Positions 1 to 11,349 of a stretch of 51,427 nucleotides of DNA are shown here, one piece after another. Location of the stretch: positions 7,098 to 58,524 of the forward strand of contig NW_005434598.1 of the NCBI RefSeq assembly GCF_000315625.1, given 5' to 3'. The stretch comes from Guillardia theta CCMP2712. Taxonomy: Eukaryota > Protista > Cryptophyta. Position 1 is the first letter of the stretch. Each line of letters opens with the position of its first letter. The notes under the pieces are model-generated. The model did no database searches. It was given only the letters and a program-made list of their open reading frames with translations, and was not told the DNA's origin. Made by a program: the position numbers and the translations under genes.

Positions 1-1
1 A

Positions 2-34
2 GAGTCATTGAGTCATTGAGTCATTGAGTCATTG
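2..34. repeat. (GAGTCATT)x4 tandem repeat, truncated by the window start
   Basis: The sequence reads gagtcatt gagtcatt gagtcatt gagtcatt g. Confidence 0.9.
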
Positions 35-41
35 TGTCACA

Positions 42-460
42 AGGGAGGGCAGGGAGGGTGGAAGATAGGGAGAGATAAAGAGAGAGAGAAGGAGTCAAGA
101 GGGGGCGATATGGTATTTTTTTCGAGAGAGGGAGAAGAGAGAGAGGGGAGGGGGGACAGGGGCCCGGCCGAGAGGGTGGGAGGGAGGAAGACAGAGGAGG
201 AAACAGAAGCGAGAGTGTGAAAGACAGAAAGAAAAATGAAGAAAAGAGAAAGGGGACAGAGTACGATTAGAGGGAGATCGAGAGCAAGAGGGAAAGCGAG
301 GAAGCGAAGGGAAGAAGCGACGACATGACCAGGGATCAGTAGCAGAAATACGCGCAAGAGAAAAAGAGAGAAAGGAAAGGAGGAGGCCCGGATCGAGGGA
401 CGAGGAGGAACTTAGTATGCGAGGGAGGGAGGGAGGGAGGGAGAGGGCCCGGGGAGAACT
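42..460. repeat. Polypurine (GA-rich) low-complexity tract
   Basis: Almost entirely A/G on the + strand. The ORFs here translate to low-complexity peptides. Confidence 0.8.
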
Positions 461-479
461 TCGGAAATGTTGGCACAAT

Positions 480-880
480 GTCACAGTCATAGACGTCGCG
501 CCGCTGTGCAAATCCGGGACTGTCTCACAGAGTCAGGCGGCTGCCGGTGTCACTGGCACCTGGGCAGTGGCACCGTACGGTCCGATCACCCGCCCCGGGC
601 CCCCGAGGGGGCCCGGGTTTACAGACTGAATAATCTCAGTTGACTTCACTAATCTCAGTTGGCCGTCACTGTCTAGGGCCCCCATGAGCCTCGGACGGTC
701 CGAGCCCGACCACTGCCAGCCTCCGACGTGCCACGGCGTGGCACCGTGGCTCTGACCCCCCGGGCCCCGGCCCGGCGGCCCCGGATCATCGGATCGGACG
801 GGCCGTACGGTAGCGGCCCGGCCGCCACTGGCTCGGTAGACTACAGTGACTCCGAAGGGCGTGCGACACCCATCGGCATG
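480..880. other. GC-rich micro-palindrome intergenic element, copy 1
   Basis: Perfect inverted repeats: cccgggccccc-ga-gggggcccggg (594-617), ctcggac-g-gtccgag, gtgccacg-g-cgtggcac. Also ccgtacgg x2 and a direct repeat taatctcagttg x2. Similar words recur in other intergenic gaps. Confidence 0.7.
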
Positions 881-999
881 CGCGCAATGAGGTAATGGTG
901 TAGGGATGGGAGAAGTCGTTGGAGGGAGGGGACATGCACGAGGAGAGCGAGCCAGAAAAGAACAATGATGAGGAAGAAGTTGGTGGTGGAGGAGAAGAT

Positions 1000-1117
1000 G
1001 ATGGAGATGGAGATGGAGATGGAGATGGAGATGGAGATGGAGATGGAGATGGAGATGGAGATGGAGATGGAGATGGAGATGGTGATGGTGATGGAGATGG
1101 AGATGGAGATGGAGATG
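1000..1117. repeat. (GGAGAT)n hexanucleotide microsatellite with two GGTGAT variants
   Basis: Seen directly. It produces the GD-, ME- and HL-repeat ORFs. Confidence 0.95.
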
Positions 1118-1121
1118 CACG

Positions 1122-3424
1122 TTGCTAAACATATGTTTCAGAGTGAATGTTGCGGTTTTTTCGCGTGGAGTTCGCTGGAACAAACCCTTCGTGAGAACCG
1201 AGAGCACAAAGGCGACCTCCAATGTGGACAAACATGAACGGAGAAAACTGCCAGATGGAATTCCAAGTTTCGGAGAATTTATTCTGCAGCAAAGACAAAG
1301 AGTTGGAAACGAAGTTAACGAACAAATACATCAGAGTGGCAAGTCCTACTTCATAGAGACATATGGATGCCAAATGAATTCATCTGACTCTGAGATTGTA
1401 GCTTCCATCATGCAAAGCTCAGGCTATCATAGGGTAGAGCAGCCTGAGAACGCCAACGTGCTCATGTTCAATACTTGCGCAGTGCGAGAGAATGCAGAAC
1501 AAAAAGTCTGGGAGAGATTGAAAAAGATCAAGAGCATGCTGGACCATCACCCAGACCGACGTTGGCGGCAACGAGCTTCAGTTGGTGTCCTTGGTTGTAT
1601 GGCTGAGCGGTTAAAGAAGAAGTTGTTAGAGACTGATCGCTTGGTCGACTTTGTTGCTGGCCCAGATGCTTACAGGGACATTCCAAATCTGCTGAACACT
1701 GTGGAAAGTGGGCAAAAAGCCATGAATGTTCAGCTTTCGTTGGATGAAACATATGCTGATGTCGCTCCGGTGCGGTATGATGGCAATGGAATTTCTGCAT
1801 ACATATCAATCATGCGTGGTTGCAATAATATGTGCAGCTACTGTGTTGTACCTTTCACAAGAGGTCGAGAAAGAAGCCGCACTCTCGAATCGATTGTGAA
1901 TGAAGTGAAGGATTTAAGTGCCAAGGGTTACCGAGAAATCACCTTGCTGGGACAGAATGTGAATTCTTATTGGGACCAGACCTTTTCCGAAGGATCAGGT
2001 ATGTAAGAACAATACTGTGTAAACTTCAGCTTCGACAGTTTTGTGTCCTAAGAGAATTCGGGCAGGTTACGTGTCGTATCCTGGTTTCAATAACATCTAC
2101 AAAAGTCGTCACGGGAGTGGGGCACGCTTTATTGATCTGCTAGATCAGGTCCATCTTTTCCCACCACCTTTTCGTTCTAGATCGTTGAAAGATCTTGAAT
2201 TCAAGGTTTCAGCTGTTGATAGCAGAATCAGGATTCGTTTCACATCACCGCACCCAAAGGTTTCATTCATATGCTAAAAATATCATTCAAACAACCGCAG
2301 GACTTTCCTCCTCAGCTGTTGCAGTTAATCGCCGAGCGACCAAATTTGTGTAAATCATTACATATGCCAGCGCAGGTGTGTAAAGGATATGCACTGCGGG
2401 GAGCTTGTACAATGAGTCGCTAATGATTTATTGCGTCTTGTCAGAGTGGAAGTACCAGTGTACTTGCTCGAATGCGACGTGGATACACCCGAGAAGTAAC
2501 AGACAAGTTTAACTACATTTGCCTTATGATTCGCCAGGCGTACATGCAGTTGATAGAAGAAGCACAGAAAACCATCCCTGGTCTCAGTATTTCTACCGAT
2601 ATCATCACCGGTTTCTGCGGAGAGACAGAAGAAGAGCATCAGGTATCCTTTGGGGGTGAGATCGCTAGTGTTTTCATTGAATTTTCATCTCAGGAAACAC
2701 TCTCTTTGTTAGAGGAAGTGAAATTTTATCAGGTATTCTTCCTTCTGACCGTCTTCTGTATTACCAATGTTTTCTGGTTAAGCTGCTTCCCCTAGGCTTT
2801 TATGTATGCATACTCAGAAAGATCGCACACCCATGCAAAGCACAACATGCCTGACGATGTTCCCCAAGAAATCAAATCTCGTCGTTTGCAGGTCCGATAC
2901 ATCCTCAAGCCATGCTTTACTTTAACCTGCGTTATTCTAGGAGATCATAGATACCTTCAGAAAGAATGCAGCTGAGAGTTGTTTGAATGAGGTACACACT
3001 TCCAGTCTCTGGATTGATTTTGATTTTTCCACGACGATTAGCTGGGAAAAGAGCACGTTGTCTTGATAGATGGACCCAGCAAGTGAGTTTGATTGCGAGT
3101 CTCAGCGTCGGGTGGGCTGAAGAAAGTTTTGCTCACAAAGGCGATCCTCGCCCGAGATGCCACAGCTGGTTGGCAGGACATGTACGAATAAGTTATGCGT
3201 ATGGGATGTCAAGAGTGATGGTGATGCGTTGCTGTTCAAGCTTGAGTTTACAAATTTCGTTGGCAGAGTTGAATCTTTCTCTTGCTCCAGGAGATTATGT
3301 CAAGGTGAAAGTATTAGACGCCAATGCTGCAACCTTGAAGGTATGCATTGATAAGTTTTCTTCTCCTCTTTTTTCATGACACGTTCGTTCCCAGGTCCAG
3401 CCTTTGACAAAGCTGAATGCATAG
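1122..3424 (+). CDS. CDK5RAP1: MiaB/CDK5RAP1-family tRNA methylthiotransferase (UPF0004 + radical SAM + TRAM), multi-exon; start codon uncertain
   Basis: [35 protein letters not shown], radical-SAM [44 protein letters not shown], and a TRAM-like GDYVKVKV. The last exon reads VQPLTKLNA* with TAG at 3422-3424. Confidence 0.93.
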
Positions 3425-3564
3425 ATTTTAGTAGCGGCTCCGCACGGTAAGGTCATTAGTTCTTCAAACATTAAGTCGAAAGGAATGATAACAACAAATG
3501 GAAAAGAAGATGTGAAACTTGAAAAACTTGTGTAAAATTCACAATAGGGGACAAGAACGAAGTT

Positions 3565-3860
3565 TTGACGGGTGACGATCCGATGACAGTGCCAGCCTGG
3601 CAGGACGGGCCCGGCCCAGCCTGGCAACGGGGCCCGGGCCGCGGCCAACGTCGTAGCGGCGGTGGGTGGCCCCCGAGCACGACAGACCCCGGCCAGTCCG
3701 ACTGTTACTCAGCAGCAGTACCTGGCCGCTAGGCTTATCGCCCGAACTTCGGAACTTGAACCGTGAGGTACTGTACGGTAGATACACTAGCCCTAGTACG
3801 GTAGGCGTGCCGTTGAGCCCGGGATTGCACGGGTACGAGTTGCAATTCCTGGTGCGGGCC
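3565..3860. other. GC-rich micro-palindrome intergenic element, copy 2
   Basis: gggcccgggccgcggcc, a near-tandem duplication ccagcctggca..gggcccgg, gaacttcggaacttgaac, and gtacggta x2. Lies between MiaB and the next gene. Confidence 0.65.
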
Positions 3861-4004
3861 CACTACCTTCCTCACACAAGAATGCGACCTGCATGGCAGC
3901 ACATGCCGCAGGATACGCCACCGAACTTGCTGCTAAGTTTGAACTGCGTGATAAAGTGCGAATGAAGAATGAGCGTGATTCTGTGAAGGAAACTACCCTT
4001 GATA

Positions 4005-7000
4005 ATGCTGGTGCAGCATATCCATATCTTCTTCTTTGTGATTATCACCGGACTTAATTCTGGTACCACTGGCAAGGAATTATTCTTGGAGGTTTCTGTC
4101 CAGACAGAATGCAAACAAATGAAACAAGGTAATCCTATTCACACGCCAATGATTTCCTCATGTCTTTTCATATCAAGTAGCCATGCTCTTTCGCAAAATT
4201 CAAAGACCAAATCTCAGAGGTGGTTACAGTCTGGTCAACCCATCTTATATGCAGGAAGCCCATTCCCCATCGAGCAACTCCAGACAAGGACAGTCATCGC
4301 GACGGAGGCGAGACATGATCCCTGACCACACTCTATACATCTCCAACATTGAAGAAATGGTTTGATAGCACTGAGATGAGTAGAAGAACCTGAGTGAAAT
4401 TTTGCAGGTAACTGAAGAGACTTTATACGAGATTTTCATAGACTTCGACAACTTCATGATGCTGAACATGCCTCGGGACTACGATACTAACGAACATCTC
4501 GGGTATTGCGCATCATCGAATGACGATGAAAAGCCATGACACAACTTTGTAGATACGTATTTGTTGAGTTTGTGGACGAAGAATCTGCTGCGCAAGCCTA
4601 CAGGTTGATGAATTTCCAGCGGATCGAAGGAAGACCGATGAGGATCGTCCACACGGTTTACCTGCACAGGATGATTTCCCGTGCACTTTTTTGATACGAC
4701 CTCAAAGGTGAGGTCTGAGAACGCAAGATACGCTAAGCGGGCAAAGCTATTTGTCCGAAATGTTGCTCCAGAGGTTTTCGATGTAAGACCATGAGCCATG
4801 CTCCACTGAGTCAGCATCAAACTGCCAGGTCACAGAGTGGGATCTGTGGTGGGCCTTTCGATCTTTTGGATTTGTCATGGATGTGAAGATTCCGCGCGAT
4901 CAATTGACGCAGCAGTCGAAGGTAAGTTTGCCTAATTATACAAGTTGCTTGTCGTCATCCTCAATGTCTTTGAGATTCGCACCAGGGTGTAGCTTTCGTT
5001 CAATTTTCGGATTGGCCATCATGTGAAAAGGCTCTGCATCTCATGGACGGACAGGTCCCTTGCTATAGCAGTCGATGTTTTTACATTCTTTCCAGGTTCT
5101 TGCGGGAAGGGATCTTCAGATTCGATACTCTGCTGATGCGGTCTTACCTGATCATTTGATTGGGACTCCCTGGCAGGTCTTGATGAATTCCAATAGTATG
5201 AGAGTGATGTGACGAAATCTTAAAACTTAGGTCAAAGCCAAGTATTCGCAAATGCTTGAACAATTCCGAAAGAAGGCAATCTTCGGCCGCGACCGTCATT
5301 CACTCACTTATCTTCGCAGGCCTTACCAGATTGGGTGATTGAGGGCAGAAACGATTTGCCTGAGGAAGACAGACGACTGGAGGAGGAGAGCGAACGGCGA
5401 ATGACATCGGTAACAACGGCATAAACGATGTAAACAAGAGGTGTAAAGTTCTGAAAGGCGAGACGTGGTCGACTATCAGCCATGCACTATGAAGAGGTGA
5501 AGTCTTCTTTGAATCGTGGAGTCATTGATGGAACTTTTTCAGAAACAAAAGAGATTGATGAAGATCGCATTCGGGGGAGGCATGGGCAAGAGAAAGATTC
5601 GAGAAATCAAGGATAGGAAAAGAAAGCAAGCTGAGCAGGGAATCACTCAAATAAGTGGTTTGAGAGGAGGAGGCTTCGCCGACTGGAAAGAGGTCATCAA
5701 AGACCAAGACATCCTTAACATTTTCAACATGTATGTTGCCATCGTGGCTTCTATCGATGTACACTTACAATGATTTCATGAAGTTCGAACTATTCCGACG
5801 CACTCGATGGAATCGTCAAACACAGCGACACGTTTGATACGAGTCCCAGAGAAAAGATCAACGAAAAGCTTTTGCAGGACCTCGAAAGCACGATTTCACA
5901 GCTCTCAAACTATCAGGTTGGTGCAGACGGGGATTTGAAGACAAGAGATGATATCGACATGGTATCTGAAAAAGTATCGCTTTCGCCTCCACTTAAGTCA
6001 CAGAAGTACGAAATTTCTTCTGAAGAAAGCACAGACGTCAGCGGTGTCAGTGATTCAGTCTTGGGAGAGCTGATGGCTCAAAAGGATCAAGGGAATATTT
6101 TGAACTCCATTACCCGAGCAAACGAAGAAACTTTGGGGTTACAGTTGAATCCTTCAGACTCGTTGGATGAGGATATAGAGGTTCACAAACGATGTACCTG
6201 TTTCAATCAAGCTCATTCGTTTCTCGAACTGTAGGAGCTTGAGATTGAAGAACAACGAATGCGTCAGTCATTCGGACTGAAGCCTGAAGACAACATTACC
6301 CGACTCTATTTTGACAGGTCACTCTTGACGCTGTCTCCAGCATCTGACTTGAACACTGCAGCTTGGAAGGATTTCAGAGAGATCTTCAAAGAATAAGTGA
6401 TATAGCTTGTACACCATTTTCGAAAATTTGATCTCCACTTTTTTTCACTTTGAAGTGTACAAGAAGCAACAAATCGAGGAGCTCACTCAAAATCTCCGCC
6501 CACCAGAAATGAAATTTGAGAGAAACATCGGACTAGATGAATCTTACCAATTGCTTCGATCAGGAAAGATTTCGAATGTTTGGTCAGTTTTCAGTCTTGA
6601 CGAAAATTCGTCTTCATTGAATTGACAGTTTGTCGTGTTCAGGCAGAAACTGGAGCTCTTGGAGCATGTTTTGCTTCAGCAGGCATGCCCGACGACCTTA
6701 GCAACGATTGGCTTCTGAAATTAAATCTGCAGGCACGGGAAAAGGAGATTCTAGCTAGGAATGTAAGCATCCTTGTACAACAAGTACGCGAGGTCTGCAC
6801 ACCATATCTGCTGCTGTCCCAGGACAACTTACTTCATGATAGCATAAGAAGCAACAATTGGAGCTCAAGGAAACCATGGATGAGTTTCTTCATCACATAA
6901 AGGAGCAAGGTCACGTCGATACTAGCCGTGATAAGAGTAATCGTGATCTCTAATAGGTCTGCACACTCAGAGTGCTCAGACGCTGGAGAGGTTTTACTTA

Positions 7001-8880
7001 GAGATCAGCCCTTACCTCAATCTCTCAGTTGAAGAGAAATCAAGAGGAGCTCTTTTCTGGCAGGCGTTGAGGGAAAGCAACCAAAATTCATTCTATCCCA
7101 ACGAGAGATTACGTGGAGGAAGATGTTGGGTGAGAAATTGAGTCTTTCCTGTTCTTCTTGCTTAATTGCTCATCCACGATACCGCAAGGATGATGTGCCA
7201 GTGGAAGCTTCTCCGGGCAGGACGAATTTCTGCCTGAGGATGGATGGTGGAGCAGATGAAGGACTTCAGGATATGGGTCAGTATGTCTTGAGACACAACA
7301 TGCGGATGATGCATGACCGCAGGTGGAAGTGCGAAGAGGGTCACGCGCTCCTCAGTCGTTTCCGATCACATTCATGAAGTCAAGCCTGCCAAGAAATCGA
7401 AAATTGAAAGCAGCAGTGATTCCTCGAGAGATGCAGATGAAGCTCCCCGGTATGCCAACATCAGCCTACAGATGGAAAGGTTCGTGAAATTTCGTGTACG
7501 ATGTGACAAGTGAGACTTGTGATAGTTTTCTCAAGCGTGTCAGCATGAACAATACAACATCTCAAGGTATGTCTCCGCTCCTTCCGCCCTCGTTCTGATA
7601 TCATTTTTATTGATAACTGACACGTATTGAAAAGGAAGCAATGATGGCGAGTCGAAGGATGACTTTCTTAGAGCCATAATTGGAGAATGGGGCAGGCAAT
7701 TCTATCCTGAGCTCGTCGACGAAGTTTGTGAGTAAGTGTGCTTGAAATTGTCCGTCCTGATCGTTTCGGCGTGCAGTGGAAGATTACAAGGAGTTTGAGA
7801 CAGATTTTGATTGCCCTACCCTCCAAAGTTCAAGATCAGGAATTTACCCCAACGGCAGCGGTTTGCTTCCAGTGTAACGTGAAGGGACTGACAAGCTGAC
7901 AAGTTTGGGATGCTTGCGAGAAAGGCGATCTTGACTTCATCGTCACTGCATTACGGGAAGGGAAAGGTAAGTCCTTGCTGATGACCTGACCCTGATGCTC
8001 ATTTCAATGATCAGTGCGAATCGATGAAAAATGCCCACATGACATTGCGGGATTGACTTTGTTTCATCTCGCAGCTTGGTTTGTTCATTCTCGGGAGCCT
8101 CGAGTTTGAGCCCACTTAGTCGTTGCCAGGTGGGGCAACTGCAGGCTGATGGAGGCGCTGTTGAAACATGGTGTGAGCCCGGGCCCGTGAGACCTGTTGG
8201 AAGGGTAACACCGTTGCAGGAGCAGACTTCAACATCCGGGACGACGCTTGCTTAACGCCTCTGCATTACGCTGCCATGACTGGGCAACGAGAAGCTGTCA
8301 AACTCTTGTGATGCTCTATCTCGTCAACCCCTGCTGACATGATTGCTTAGATGCGGCGAGGGAGCAGATCTCGACCCATTGACAGAGGCGAGATGTTCAC
8401 CACTTCACTATGCGGCAAGGTGAGAGGATCAGGGGGCATGCTGACTAATGGGGTTGACGTTGCTGCAGTGAGGGGCAGACAGAAGTTGCCGCTCTCCTCG
8501 TTGAGCGTGGAGCCGATCTGTTCAGGACCACCAAGTGAGGAGTCTGACTCTCTGACGAGGGTGATGAGGGTGATGAGGGTAATGACTTCATGTCTGGCCT
8601 GCGCAGGAACGGCTTGACACCCCTGACCCATGCGACGGCCAACTTTCAGGTTCAGTCGATTGGACTGCCTGACATGTTATGACGTTACCCTTGGTGCAGG
8701 AGGAAACAGCTGAGCTGCTGCGAAGGTTGATGACCAGTTCAGTTCCTTCGCAGGATGTGGTTCAGGTAGAGTGGCTTGCGTCCTTGAAATTCCTGACTCG
8801 ATTATTGAAGAGCTTCGCAAGCTCAGCCATCTTATAGGGAGAGAGAACGAGTGTAGAAGGACCAAGATAATAATTCATTA
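4005..8880 (+). CDS. Multi-exon protein: hydrophobic leader + NLRGG, two RRM domains, charged middle region, C-terminal ankyrin repeats (may be more than one gene)
   Basis: Leader MLVQHIHIFFFVIITGLNSG. RRM1: TLYISNI...FVEFVDEESAAQAYRLMN..IEGRPMRI. RRM2: LFVRNV...VAFVQFSD..SCEKALHLMDGQVLAGRDLQI. Ankyrin motifs GLTLFHLAA, TPLHYAA and SPLHYAA at about 7900-8650. The exon/short-intron pattern is continuous across the span. Confidence 0.7.
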
Positions 8881-8966
8881 AGTTTCTATAAGTACATGTC
8901 GAGCCTGATCTCACCTATCGCTTTCTCTTTCACCTTCGTCTTGGCTTCACCACCCTTGTCTGAAAC

Positions 8967-10750
8967 TCACGACGCGAATTCCAAGGCAGCTGCAAGTGCG
9001 CGGATCCAAGGTTCCGATGCAGTCGAGTAATCAAAGCCGACGTAGATGAGCTTCAAGTAATGTCAAGACAGTTGGAATGAAGGTGAACCAACTCACCTGC
9101 CCCTCCGCCATCTTGAGGCTGAAGATCACACTCACACCGCCACCAGGAGAACCCTACTCAGCATCAGAGCGAAACGAGGCAGATCCGATGAGTCGATTAC
9201 TTCGCCTGTCTCATAGTAGCTCGTGGCGTCCTGGGGAAGCGATTGCTGCATCGAAAGGTTTCACAAACCAGCAGTAGACAATGAAGCCCACCGTACGAAC
9301 TCCGTGGACATGACCTTTCATGGTCGGTAGAGTCACTGGAAGGCTTTGGAAGGGCGTCCCGTCACACACCTGGCTCGCATCTTTACAGCTGTCAGCTGAT
9401 ATCGACTCGTCACTTCACCTCTTGCTTCTCGTAGGGTCCTCGAGTCCATGCAGGCTGGAACAGCAAGGTTCCTGAGCTTATCTTAAATATCATGTTGGGA
9501 CGAAGATTTGCCCTACCTTCACTTGAGGTGTAAAGATTCTGATTGATGAACTCGACCGAAGCAGGCCCTGTCAGAACTTGTCAAAGTAGACGTCGCCCTA
9601 TGAACTGCTAGAAACCGCCACAGACGATAAGGGTGTTATGACCCAATGCAACATAATGCTTGAGCATACCCTGTGCACGCTTCAGAATCCAAGAAAAGAG
9701 AATCTGCGGGTGCCTTGGCATAGTCGCTCAGAATGGGCAAGTTGCCTTGCGAGAGGGGAGGGATAACGAGTGCCTGTGACGAGAGTCAAGAACTTTGTCT
9801 GCAGGAGTATCGAACGAAAGAAATGAACCGAGTTCTTGTTGCTTTGAAAGAAACGCATCTGCTGTGATTCAAAGTTGGCAAGGAACCTGTTGCCTTCCCA
9901 CTGAAAGACTTCAGATTCCAGTTTGATACTCAGCAGCTGTACCTTGCCAAAGTTTTTTGGGATACCGACAACTTTCCTAACGATGTTTCCTCCGTGTGTA
10001 ATGTCAACACCATTCCCTGGAAAAGTTATAGCCTCATCAAAGACACACATCTTGGTTATTGCAGCTCTCACCTGAGTACAGAGTGATTCTCTGCAGAAAA
10101 GGGGGGCCTTCTATACTGGTCCATTTCCCATGGTTGATGTGATTCTGTGAGAAATAACAATCAAAGGTTCCTGTGAACCCATGGCATGGCCGAGAGAAAA
10201 ACTCACCTGAGCGTTCACATCGTTGACACTCTTGGTCCATGCGGGATAGTCTTGATACTCGACGTCGTTGCGGAACATGGCATTGGACTCCACTTGCGAC
10301 GTGTGTTGCGATGGATCCTGTCGGTTTTGAAATCACACGAAACCATCAACGCCGAGCCAAGTTATTTTACCACATCACTGGAGTGTCGAATGGCAACAAT
10401 GCCAAGCAGCGACAACACCTGAAACAAAAATTCAACAGCGGAGCTACAAATCCTTCAGTCCCTCCTTGCTGCTTTTCCACATTCGATTGCACTTTCATGT
10501 TTCGGGCAGACTCTCATATAATTGTTCAGAGTTCTCATACCATGGAAGAGGCTGCTATGACGCGACGCCTCTTGACTTCCCGGTTCTCCTGCGAATGTAG
10601 GTATTAAGTCGCCTTTTTGAAACTCAAGAGATAAAACTAAGCCCTCGTTCTACCCTTCTGCTCGTCAGCTACGTTATTTGATTTCTCTCTCGTGATCAGT
10701 TTGCATGAAAGCCTCTGTCTCATCATCTTTCGTTCATCCTCGCCTCGCCA
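8967..10750 (-). CDS. Hypothetical multi-exon protein
   Basis: Minus-strand exons flanked by GT/AG (for example ORFs 9682-10071 and 10111-10293) with ordinary globular composition. No family recognised, and the ends are approximate. Confidence 0.5.
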
Positions 10751-10859
10751 TCTGCTTACCGTCCTTTGCTTGGCTGCCACAAGCTCGCCCGACATCTCCC
10801 TCTAAATCGGGTCTCGATCGACTCTTCGTCGCTACTACCCCCCGTTTCATTATACGCAA

Positions 10860-11330
10860 ATGACCCTACCGGTCCTTTTGGTCTCACCGCTCTCGTCTCC
10901 GTGCCCGCCTCTGCGCGGCCCGACTCCGCCGGCCGAGGCCCGGACACTGTACTGAGCCCGAGGCTCGATCGCAGCCCATCCGATGATGGCATGGCAGGCT
11001 CCGAGCGTCTCACTGAGTCTTCAGGGACAGTGATCGGACAGTCATCATCATCGGCGGCGCTTGACTCGGCGGCCACAGTTACTACGGTAATACGGCGGCC
11101 CGGCGCCGGCACTCAGTGATATCGGGCCCGATGACGGTGGCAGCATTGTGGCACGCGGTTCCCGGCGATCACCGATGATGATCCAACTTGACACCAACTT
11201 GTCATCAACGGCCGCTGGGTGTTGTGACTTGAACTTGACGGCAATCGATTATCACTAACCGTTGAACTTGTTAACCCAGAAGGCCTCATCAGAAACATCC
11301 TAAACTAAGCAGCTCACTGGAGCCGTGAAA
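10860..11330. other. GC-rich micro-palindrome intergenic element, copy 3
   Basis: Palindrome atcgggcccgat (11121-11132), ccggcgccgg, actcagtg/cactgagt, ccgatgatg x2, ccaacttg x2, ttgaacttg x2. Confidence 0.7.
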
Positions 11331-11349
11331 CCGGTTTCGACAGACTGCC

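Noticed and set aside
533-1237. ORFs with (HL)n, (GD)n and (ME)n repeats
   Set aside because: These are translations of the GGAGAT microsatellite and the palindromic element, with no independent coding evidence.
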